In this document: piece after piece, positions 35,978 through 43,960 of the stretch
Position numbering within the stretch: the stretch's first letter is position 1
How the letters are laid out: every line of letters begins with the position of its first letter
Origin: a virus
Direction: 5' to 3' (one strand)
Length of the DNA: 64,000 nucleotides
Virus record (IMG/VR): IMGVR_UViG_3300048907_000144
Translations under genes and position numbers: made by a program
The notes under the pieces: model-generated
Told to the model about the DNA's origin: nothing
Databases searched by the model: none
Seen by the model: the letters and a program-made list of their open reading frames with translations, nothing else

Positions 35978-36885
35978 GGAATCCGCGTCACCTTCGGCAC
36001 CGAGAACTGCGGCCGCCCAACTGTCACGTCGTACGGCGCAGGCAACTCGAACGGGTTGTCGTCCACGAGGTCTAGCTTCTCAAGGTCATAGATGCGCTCA
36101 TGCATCCCCATCTCTTCCAGCGGCGGCTGCTCGACGTTGAGCTCTACGCCCGGTTCGCCCCACGGAGGCGGCACACCGTCCGGCTGGATGTTCTTGATCG
36201 ACTGCCGCGAGCCGCCAATGTACGCAGCGGCGATCAGCCAAGCGGAATGCGGGTCGCTCTCCACGATCAGCTTCTCCACTGTCCGCGCACGATCGGCGAC
36301 GTTGACCGGCGCAAGGCTCGATTTGCCCAATCGGATGAAATCGTGCACCGGGTGAACGTCCGGCGGCACTACACCGGGCGCGATCTCATAGATCGTTTGG
36401 AGCTCGTACACTGTGCGCCTCGCGGCGAACTTAACGCCAGAACCCTGACCGCCGCGCCGGGACGGTACGCGCAACACGCGCGGCGCAAACCGCTTCAACA
36501 GCTCTCCCCACACCGAATCCGGGTCGCCCCACAACGCGGCCATAATCTGGCCGTCCATCACGTCGCAGGCCCATTCGAGGCCTTCGTCCGTAGCGGAAAA
36601 CCGCACGCTGATTTCTTCGGTGTTCGGAAGCGCGACAGCTGACGCAACGCCCATTTCGATTGCGAGCTGCATCTTGCGGCCGATGCCCGAATACATCTCG
36701 GCCATCGAGGCAGGAGTTCTGTCGTCAGTGTCCGTATAGACGACTATGTATGGCTTGTCGGCCTTGCCTTGAATCGCCTCGGCCATCGACTGCAAATCGG
36801 AGTCGAACACGTTGGCTCCGGCCCACGTCCGATCCCGGAGCGCGGCGACGGCGCAGCTCCTGATGATCGGACGCAGCAGGCTCAC
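35974..36885 (-). CDS. putative tail terminator / neck protein
   Basis: LRDRTWAGANVFDS...PYIVVYTD pattern; position. Confidence 0.65.
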   Translation of the reverse strand: MSLLRPIIRSCAVAALRDRTWAGANVFDSDLQSMAEAIQGKADKPYIVVYTDTDDRTPASMAEMYSGIGRKMQLAIEMGVASAVALPNTEEISVRFSATDEGLEWACDVMDGQIMAALWGDPDSVWGELLKRFAPRVLRVPSRRGGQGSGVKFAARRTVYELQTIYEIAPGVVPPDVHPVHDFIRLGKSSLAPVNVADRARTVEKLIVESDPHSAWLIAAAYIGGSRQSIKNIQPDGVPPPWGEPGVELNVEQPPLEEMGMHERIYDLEKLDLVDDNPFELPAPYDVTVGRPQFSVPKVTRIP

Positions 36886-37217
36886 GTGACAGGCGTCACT
36901 TCAGTGTTGGCAGCGATGGCAGCGCTCAACGCGGCAGCGCTCGACTGCAACTGCTGGGTCAACACCTGGATCGCCGCGTTGTCGCCCGAGTTGTTCGCCT
37001 CCTCCAACTGGCGGGCGATGCCCTGGATCAACTGAATCCCCGACTGCTCCAAGTTGGTGTTCATCTCAACTTGCGCCTTCAGATCGTCCAACGCGCTCAT
37101 GATCTTTTCCTCGCTCTTGCTCGGTTTGGTTTGGTTGAAAAGGACCTGATCCAACTTGGCCATGATCGCGTCGTAGTCGGCCTTGCTCCAGTAGAACGCG
37201 CCGAACAACTGCGCCAT
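36882..37217 (-). CDS. small coiled-coil hypothetical protein
   Basis: MAQLFG...MSALDDLKAQVEMNT...AIAANT. Confidence 0.65.
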   Translation of the reverse strand: MAQLFGAFYWSKADYDAIMAKLDQVLFNQTKPSKSEEKIMSALDDLKAQVEMNTNLEQSGIQLIQGIARQLEEANNSGDNAAIQVLTQQLQSSAAALSAAIAANTEVTPVT

Positions 37218-37627
37218 CACAGCGTGCTCTCTTGAATCCGCGAAACGTAAACCTGTGGCCGTCCTGTCTTCGACGGCATTGGGTGGTCGATCATGTACCA
37301 CTCGTTGCGGTCGGGAAAATACACCCGGTCGCCTTGCTGAAGGTCGCTCAGCTTGTACGGCAGCAGGTTGTACTCGGTGATCGAGAACCACGTCGTCGTG
37401 TCCAAGTATGTTGCCGTCATGCCCTGCGCGCCCGAACCCGCCTCGCCCGATGCTGCCGCGCCCGGCATGACGAGCGCCGCTCGCGTGTCCAACGGCGGTC
37501 GAGCTGGATCGGGTTGCCCGTCGTCGTCGATCCCCACCGGGCCCCATGGAACGTACCGCATCGGCTCAGCGAAGAAGTCGTCGACGATGCTGTCCATCAT
37601 CACCTGCGGGCCGCGCCAGAACACCAT
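37217..37627 (-). CDS. head-tail joining / head closure protein
   Basis: VDDFFAEPMRYVP...QQGDRVYF...WYMI; position after adaptor. Confidence 0.7.
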   Translation of the reverse strand: MVFWRGPQVMMDSIVDDFFAEPMRYVPWGPVGIDDDGQPDPARPPLDTRAALVMPGAAASGEAGSGAQGMTATYLDTTTWFSITEYNLLPYKLSDLQQGDRVYFPDRNEWYMIDHPMPSKTGRPQVYVSRIQESTL

Positions 37628-37630
37628 GGC

Positions 37631-38080
37631 TCAGCCCCACTGTCCGCGTGTCGTGCGCGGGCGAACCTTCGCCGCCTCCCTCATGTTCGCCCTCGTGCTC
37701 TCGCGAAAGTCACTGTCTTGCCACTTCGCCTTGATCGCTGCGCTGTGCTTCGCGCGCGCCGCCGGATCGAGCCAGCGCGACTTGAGCGCATGCGCGGCGT
37801 GAAACGGTTTATTCCAAAGGTCCTTGTGCTTCGCGATCATAGCCGCTTCCAGCTTGAACGCTCCGCGCTCGTCCAGGTCGTCGCGGAAGAGGATGTATTC
37901 GATGCCGCGTCCGTCTCGCAGCGCCGCGCTCAGTTGTTCGTTGCAGTGGTTGCCGCTCTTGGCTTCGACCACGTGCGCGTAGATGCGGCCATTGCAGCCC
38001 TTGCCGACGTACCGGACGATGCCGTCCACCTTGATCCCGTAGACGTAGAACCGGCGCAGCAATACGATCTTCTTAGCCAT
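37631..38080 (-). mobile_element. GIY-YIG-like free-standing endonuclease with basic DNA-binding tail
   Basis: FYVYGIKVDGIVRYVGKGCNGRIYAH...E..AFKLEAAMI; KAKWQDSDFRE repeats. Confidence 0.75.
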
Positions 38081-38146
38081 GTCGAGCCTCCAATGCTCGT
38101 TGTGGTCAGGGGCCGGTTCGCGCTTCAACGCGAGTCGGCTCCGCTA

Positions 38147-38566
38147 CTATACCGTGAGGATCGGCGGTATATTTCGACTCCGCAACCTTAAAAACTTCTG
38201 GCCGTAAATGGTGTCGTCGAACTCCGCCGCGCCGGGGCCGGTGATCTGGCCCTCCGTGGTGGACACCTTGCGCTCGCCGAACATGACGCGCCGCTCGCCG
38301 AACGCCACCATCCGCACGAACAGGTCGGAGCTGATCTCGCTGCTGCCGCCCGAACCGCCGGCCACTGCGCCGCCGATGCCGAGCGACATCTTGATGTTGT
38401 GCGCGGTCAAGTACCACCGCGCCCACACAAAGTCGGGCGGATGCCACAAGCCCGCCTCCAGCCACATATCGGTCTCGTCAAGCGCGTTCGAGAGCTGCGG
38501 ATCGGTCATCGACGCGAACTCAGGGATCGCAATCCTGAACGCAGCGATGTCCGCGCCCGAGGCCAT
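38147..38566 (-). CDS. head-tail adaptor (DUF4054-like)
   Basis: IAAFRIAIPEFAS...YLTAH...TIYGQKFLRL. Confidence 0.8.
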   Translation of the reverse strand: MASGADIAAFRIAIPEFASMTDPQLSNALDETDMWLEAGLWHPPDFVWARWYLTAHNIKMSLGIGGAVAGGSGGSSEISSDLFVRMVAFGERRVMFGERKVSTTEGQITGPGAAEFDDTIYGQKFLRLRSRNIPPILTV

Positions 38567-39054
38567 TAGCCCTTGCCCTTGCCCTTCGGCACCGCCATCG
38601 CTTGCGCGCGCGCCGCCTCACGCTCGGCAAATAGCGCCCGCTGGCGCTCGTCGTAGCGCTCGGCCGCCCCCTCGATCATGGAGCCCACGCCCTCGATCTT
38701 GATCGGGTGCAAGGGCTTCGGCCGGCCGGGCTTGGCCGGGTCGATCACCGGGTAATACCGGTCGGGCCGCCGCATCTCCTGGAACCGGGCGATCTCGTCG
38801 TTGATCATCTCGATCTCGACGCTCTGCCCACCCCGCAGCTCGTGGCCGACCATGAAGCGATCAATCACGACATGTATCTGGCCGTTCTCCGAGGTGTTCG
38901 TCACCTTGACGCGCGAGGACGGCTCCTGCAGCCGCTCCCAGCTCGGCTCCGGACGCATCGGTGCGAAGTACGGATGGTCGGGCGGCGGCGGACGCACTAG
39001 GTTCTGCTTCTGCGGTACCGGGTGCATGTTCGGGTTGAACGGCACGTCAGCCAT
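38566..39054 (-). CDS. virion-associated hypothetical protein
   Basis: KVTNTS...HELRGGQSVEIE; position after capsid. Confidence 0.6.
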   Translation of the reverse strand: MADVPFNPNMHPVPQKQNLVRPPPPDHPYFAPMRPEPSWERLQEPSSRVKVTNTSENGQIHVVIDRFMVGHELRGGQSVEIEMINDEIARFQEMRRPDRYYPVIDPAKPGRPKPLHPIKIEGVGSMIEGAAERYDERQRALFAEREAARAQAMAVPKGKGKG

Positions 39055-39541
39055 TAGGCTCTCTCCATATTTCGCGGCGGAGAATCCTCCCCACCGTTCG
39101 TTGATCGACGTTGAACTTGGCAGCGAGCAATCGCTGCGATCCTCGGGACTTCCGTATTTGCTCGACCAGTTTCCACGTCAGCTTTGCGCGACCATTGCGC
39201 TCGCCGCGCGACGCTGTGCCGTGCTCCACCGAATCCGCGTAGTTCTCGCTCCTGGTTGCCCAGCGAATATGCTTCGGCGTGACGCAGCCGAGATGGCCGT
39301 TGCCACAGGAGTGCGCGGAGTCATGTTTCGGTGTTGGCGGCTCGCCGTGGACGCGCTTGCACACGATGCGAGCGACTAGGACGGTGCCGAAGTTCTTCGC
39401 TCCGATCCTGGCGTAGCCTTTGGCGGTTCTGCCATAGGGCCACAGCAGGCATTCATCGCCTTGGTACGCGCAGGCTTTTTCTAGGAAGGCCGGCAGGTCG
39501 CCGTGCGCGCGGTACGTCTTGCGGTATACTCGCTTAGCCAT
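39047..39541 (-). mobile_element. HNH homing endonuclease
   Basis: CLLWP...GYARI...HSCGNGHLGCVTPKHIRWATRSENYAD...GERNGRAKLT. Confidence 0.9.
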
Positions 39542-39652
39542 TCGAGCCTCCTACGCTCGGGTGGTGAGGGGCCGGACCCACGTTGCAAGCGTGGCCCGGT
39601 CCCGCTAATATACCGTCATTGCCTCAGCCTTTCCATTTTGATTCGAGTTGCC

Positions 39653-40597
39653 TCAAATCCCGTCCAAGTAGCGCATGGCCCCTGGCCGCCGAATCTCTAG
39701 CCCGGCAAGCCTAAAAATTCCTGGCACGTCGAAAATCATGGGCCCCGTCCTCATCACTTCGAGGAAGCGATGCGGCATGGGCACATGCATTTTTATTACT
39801 TCGGGGTCTTTCTTGTACGCGATCATACGCGGCTGACCAGCTGCACCTGCCGTTTCCAACCCGCGCACGGCGCGGATCGTCAGAGGCGCTTTGGCCTCTT
39901 GCGTGTACATGTTGTACTTTTCGACCCATTGCATGAGGGTCATGGTGGTGTTCGGCATTGCAGTGGTCGTGAGCACGTTGAGCTGCGTCATCGGCAGCAG
40001 CAGCGTGTCCGCGATCTCGACGCCGGACGACGATTGCCACACATTGGCGAGCACGCCGTTGACGTCCTGCATGATCATCGGGATTTGGTTGTTCGCGACC
40101 CGATAGGCCCACGTCTGCGCCGTGTTGATCACGGTCGGTGCCGGGTGGTTGATCAGCCCGAACCAGTTCTTTGCCGCCGCGCCGTACAACGCGGTGAAGT
40201 GAATGAACTCCTCCGCCGCACGCTTCGCAGCGGCCGCGCGCTCCGGTCCCAAGTTCACGTTCGGGACCATCATCGCCTGTTGCAGCTCCTCGGTGGTGTA
40301 ACGATAGCCCACCGCGGCCATCTCGATCGCCATCTCGAATTTGTCGCGGGTGATGTCGGCGAGCGGCACGTCGTGCGCCAGGTGCGAGAACCAGTCCGCC
40401 TTGCCGACTTGGTCGACCGAGAAGAACGTGATGCTCTTCGCCCATTCCGGTGCGCTCGTGTCGATCGGCACCAGCTCCCGATAATTGAGTTCGGGATACT
40501 TCATTCTGTAGACGCCCGGCTCGATGTAGGTCGTCTGCGCGATCAGAAAGCCGAGGGCCTGCTGTTGCGCGTCTGCGGTGTAAAAATTGCTCAGCAT
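39653..40597 (-). CDS. major capsid protein (DUF2184-like)
   Basis: QTTYIEPGVY...ELVPID...YTTEELQQA...GAAAKNWFGLINHP...RPGAMRYLDGI. Confidence 0.9.
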   Translation of the reverse strand: MLSNFYTADAQQQALGFLIAQTTYIEPGVYRMKYPELNYRELVPIDTSAPEWAKSITFFSVDQVGKADWFSHLAHDVPLADITRDKFEMAIEMAAVGYRYTTEELQQAMMVPNVNLGPERAAAAKRAAEEFIHFTALYGAAAKNWFGLINHPAPTVINTAQTWAYRVANNQIPMIMQDVNGVLANVWQSSSGVEIADTLLLPMTQLNVLTTTAMPNTTMTLMQWVEKYNMYTQEAKAPLTIRAVRGLETAGAAGQPRMIAYKKDPEVIKMHVPMPHRFLEVMRTGPMIFDVPGIFRLAGLEIRRPGAMRYLDGI

Positions 40598-40628
40598 TGT
40601 GATCGCTCCTCTCAGCCCTAGGGCACGG

Positions 40629-41474
40629 TTAATACTGGATGCCGAGGCTGACGACAGCGAGCTGTCCCGGCATTGCCGCCAGACGCCACTTAGCGCCATT
40701 GATCAGCGTTGCCGCGGCAGTGCCGCCCGTCAGCGTGGCACCCGACTTCGTCATGCCCGTGGGGCCGGAGGTGATTGCGAGCGCGTTGCCCGCAGTCCCT
40801 GCCGCCACTGACGAGATCAGAATGGTGTCGGAACCGCCGCTACCGCCAAGCGGTTGCGCGGGATCGGTCGCGAACTGCAATGCAGCAAAGCCCGCAGTCG
40901 CAGAGTCGTTCATCGCCTTCACGGCGTTGACCAACGTGTCGTTGAGGGTGGCACCGATATTGGCTTGATCGCCGGTCGCGCCCGTCGCCACAAATGTCAG
41001 CGTGGCACCGTTGATCACCAGCGTGGAGCCCGCCGCTGGATTGGCAGCGAACTTGACCCAGCCCGACGCATTGAGACCACCAGCGGCGTTGCCGAGCTTG
41101 CCGATGGTCTCGTCGTAGTAGACCGCCTCGCCGGGCAACACGATGTCCTGCGGCAGCACCCACATATGACCGCGCGTCATCAACGAGATGTTGGTGCGGT
41201 AGCCGTAGGAGTCGAGCGGGTTCTGTGCCGAGCTCTGCGGATCAACGTTGGCACCTACCAACGTGATGTCGCGCACGGACAGGCCGATGAAGTTGGGGCC
41301 GCCGAGGATGGCACCTTTCGGTCCGGTGCCCCACGAGCAGGCCTTGCCGAACGTGATGCCTGCAGCGGTTTCAACCACGTGAGTCAGCACAGCGCTCGGG
41401 GACATGTCGGAGATCATGCCCTCAAGCCCAGGACGCATTTGAACGGGATAGGCCGTCTGGACCACAGTTGACAT
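40629..41474 (-). CDS. head decoration/cement protein with inserted domain
   Basis: AYPVQMRPGLEGMI...ITFGKAC...SLMTRGHMWV; ends VVSLG. Confidence 0.8.
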   Translation of the reverse strand: MSTVVQTAYPVQMRPGLEGMISDMSPSAVLTHVVETAAGITFGKACSWGTGPKGAILGGPNFIGLSVRDITLVGANVDPQSSAQNPLDSYGYRTNISLMTRGHMWVLPQDIVLPGEAVYYDETIGKLGNAAGGLNASGWVKFAANPAAGSTLVINGATLTFVATGATGDQANIGATLNDTLVNAVKAMNDSATAGFAALQFATDPAQPLGGSGGSDTILISSVAAGTAGNALAITSGPTGMTKSGATLTGGTAAATLINGAKWRLAAMPGQLAVVSLGIQY

Positions 41475-41534
41475 AGCTTTAGCTCCTTTGCGTAACTGTG
41501 TAGGGATGCCCCGGTAAAGAGAGAGGAAGACGCG

Positions 41535-42089
41535 ATGCCGACGTGCTCAGTTCGTGGCTGCAAGAATCCCGTTCGCTCGAACGGTCTTTGCCACATGCAC
41601 CATCAGCGTTGGGTTAGGCACGGCAATCCGCTGGTGGTCCTGCGCAAGCAGAACATCACGCACCCGGACGGCGGGGATGGCTGCTCAGTCGAAGGCTGCA
41701 GCGAGAAGTTCTATTGCCACGGTTTTTGCCGAAGGCATTACCAGCGCTGGAGGCGCTACGGCGATCCGAACCACAACCACACCGAGGAAGTCTTGCGCTT
41801 CATCGAAGCGGCACTCTCACACCGAGACGGCTGTCTGCTCTGGCCGTTTAAGAGCAAGGCAGGGAAGGGTTACGCGCGAGCGCGGATTAACGGAGAAGAT
41901 CAGTACGTCCACCGCTACATCTGCCAGCGAGTACATGGTCCGGCTCCGTCACTGATCCACGAGGTGGCCCATTCTTGCGGTAAGGGCCACCTCGCTTGCA
42001 TTGCCCCTCAACATGTGCGCTGGGCGACGCCGAAAGAGAACGAGGCGGACAAGGTCCTACACGGCACCCGAAAGCGCCGCGCTGCTTAG
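41535..42089 (+). mobile_element. HNH homing endonuclease with two N-terminal CSVxGC zinc-finger repeats, antisense insertion
   Basis: CSVRGC...LCHMHHQRW, CSVEGC...FCRRHYQRW; HSCGKGHLACIAPQHVRWATPKEN. Confidence 0.9.
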
Positions 42090-43567
42090 GACGCGACGGC
42101 CGCCGGCTTTGGTTTCCAGGCGTTTTCCATGTCCTTGACCATCTCGTTGTAGGCCGCGTCTCGGACAGCTTGTGCACCCTGCATGTTGAGCGGTGGCGCA
42201 CCGGCGAACGCATGACTGGCGTCGCGGATCGGATCGCGCGGAGCGCCTTGCAGGCCGGCAGTGAGGTGGTCGAACACGGCCTTCACCTCGGGATCGCCCC
42301 AGGCCTTCGCCGCGTCGCCTACGCCAGACTTTGCGGTTACCACTTCGCGCATGACGTCCTCGATCTTGCGGCCGTCCGTCTTGAAGGTCGGGCCCATGAC
42401 CGCCATCGCCTTGCTGCGCACGTGGTCGCGGGCGACGAGCTGGGCGTCGAGCTTGGCCGGGTCCTGCGCGTCCTTGAGCTGGGTCTGCAGCGTGAGGATC
42501 AACGCGTCCTTGGTCTTGACCTCAGTGTCCTTGCTGGCGAGGTCCTTGGCCATCGCGTCGCATTTCTTATCGGTCTCATCCTCGTCGTCGGCGGCCTTTT
42601 TCTTGAACGCCTCGAATGCGTCGGTGAGGTTCTGGATCGTGCGCTGCACGATCGCTGCGTCCTTGTCGCTCATCTGGCAGGGCAGCCCGTCGATCATCAC
42701 AGTCCGAAGTTCGGTCATCGCTTCGTCTCCTATTGTAAGAAGTGGCCCACCGCGCGCTTCCGTGACGATGGCCAAGTGGTTGCCCCGGATGTTGGTCTGC
42801 ACGGCGTCGTAGTGCTCGCCGTCTGCGGTGTAGCCGTCCTGCCATTGCAGGTCGCACGCGTAGCCAACCGAGAGCTGCCGCTTGCCGCTCTTGACCAGCT
42901 CGATTGCCTTGCTGTCGCGCAGCATCATTGGAACGCGCACTGAGCCGCCGTCGCGCACGACCTCGTCGCCCGTCTCGCCCACAGCGTGCTTGCGCCAGCT
43001 GTCCGCGTTCACCATCGAGCGTGGATGGTCGATCGTCACAGGCAGATGCGAGTAGCTGTGCATCGCGTCGTTGTGGAAGACACTGCTTTCCGGCCGGTAC
43101 ACCATCACGGTGTCCATCTCCGGTCGGCCGCACTCCTTCCCGAGGTACTTCTGGAGCCCTGTGCGCGCGATGCGCGGCTGCGCTTTTAAGTAGCCGTCTG
43201 CCGTAAACGAGACCTGCGCTTTGTCGTCGAGCTTGACCGCGTCGTACATCATGCGCGTTGTCGGCGCGGGAGCGTCCATAATCACTACCAGCGGCTGCTT
43301 GAACAACGGCATGGCGTCCAACTCCTCCTCCGCGAACTCCTCCCAGGAGGTCAGCTCGCGCCCGAACTTGTCACGTGACTGCCCGCTCCTGCGCCTACGT
43401 GCGTCATTGCTCATGTTGGCCACCGTGGCATTGGCGATCCGGATCGCCTTGGAGTCGGAGCCGTGCTTGGCCAGCGCAGCGTTGGCAGCCGCGGCCCAAG
43501 CTCTCTGCTTCTTCGGAGTGTCAGCCTTCGACGTGAATTCCTTGGCGTTACTTGCTGACCAAGGCAT
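42086..43567 (-). CDS. prohead protease/scaffold (DUF2213-like) with N-terminal extension
   Basis: TADGYL...ARTGLQKY...VYRPESSVF...VTIDHP...QLSVGY...NIRGNHLAIV..ARGG. Confidence 0.9.
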   Translation of the reverse strand: MPWSASNAKEFTSKADTPKKQRAWAAAANAALAKHGSDSKAIRIANATVANMSNDARRRRSGQSRDKFGRELTSWEEFAEEELDAMPLFKQPLVVIMDAPAPTTRMMYDAVKLDDKAQVSFTADGYLKAQPRIARTGLQKYLGKECGRPEMDTVMVYRPESSVFHNDAMHSYSHLPVTIDHPRSMVNADSWRKHAVGETGDEVVRDGGSVRVPMMLRDSKAIELVKSGKRQLSVGYACDLQWQDGYTADGEHYDAVQTNIRGNHLAIVTEARGGPLLTIGDEAMTELRTVMIDGLPCQMSDKDAAIVQRTIQNLTDAFEAFKKKAADDEDETDKKCDAMAKDLASKDTEVKTKDALILTLQTQLKDAQDPAKLDAQLVARDHVRSKAMAVMGPTFKTDGRKIEDVMREVVTAKSGVGDAAKAWGDPEVKAVFDHLTAGLQGAPRDPIRDASHAFAGAPPLNMQGAQAVRDAAYNEMVKDMENAWKPKPAAVAS

Positions 43568-43763
43568 GGCTCACGTCCTGTGCTTTGAAGGGTGCCCTGA
43601 GTTGGTTCTTCGGCAAGCAATGCCGCATCCCGTCCTCGTAGTATTCGACAATCGCCAGCTCAGGCATGATCAGCAGAATGCGCGCGGTCTTGAGCACCGG
43701 CCGCCCACCGTTCGGGTGCGGGGCCATCACGTCAGCGCCAACGCCAACCAGTTGCTGCATCAC
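43548..43763 (-). CDS. hypothetical protein
   Basis: GTGA overlap with the upstream acidic ORF. Confidence 0.5.
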   Translation of the reverse strand: MMQQLVGVGADVMAPHPNGGRPVLKTARILLIMPELAIVEYYEDGMRHCLPKNQLRAPFKAQDVSHALVSK

Positions 43764-43960
43764 AGGTCCTCGAATAGGTGGTCGTAATCGTCCAGGTCGT
43801 CCTCGTCGTCCTCAGGCTCCTCGCCGTCAGGCGTTTGTCCGTAGGCGCGCAGGATCGCTTTGTGCTCGAGCTGCCACGCACGCTCGTACTCGCGCCACTC
43901 TTCCTCGGTCGCGAACGCCGTCGAGCCAGGGTCCTGTGTGAAGCGCGGATCGTCGCTCAA
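43760..43960 (-). CDS. acidic 66-aa protein, candidate immunity protein
   Basis: ATG overlaps the MuF-toxin stop; Asp/Glu-rich tail. Confidence 0.6.
   Translation of the reverse strand: MSDDPRFTQDPGSTAFATEEEWREYERAWQLEHKAILRAYGQTPDGEEPEDDEDDLDDYDHLFEDL

Noticed and set aside
29582-42089. Group I/II introns or inteins housing the endonucleases
   Set aside because: Flanking genes have natural starts and ends, gaps are under about 110 nt, and no splice or intein motifs were seen; treated as free-standing
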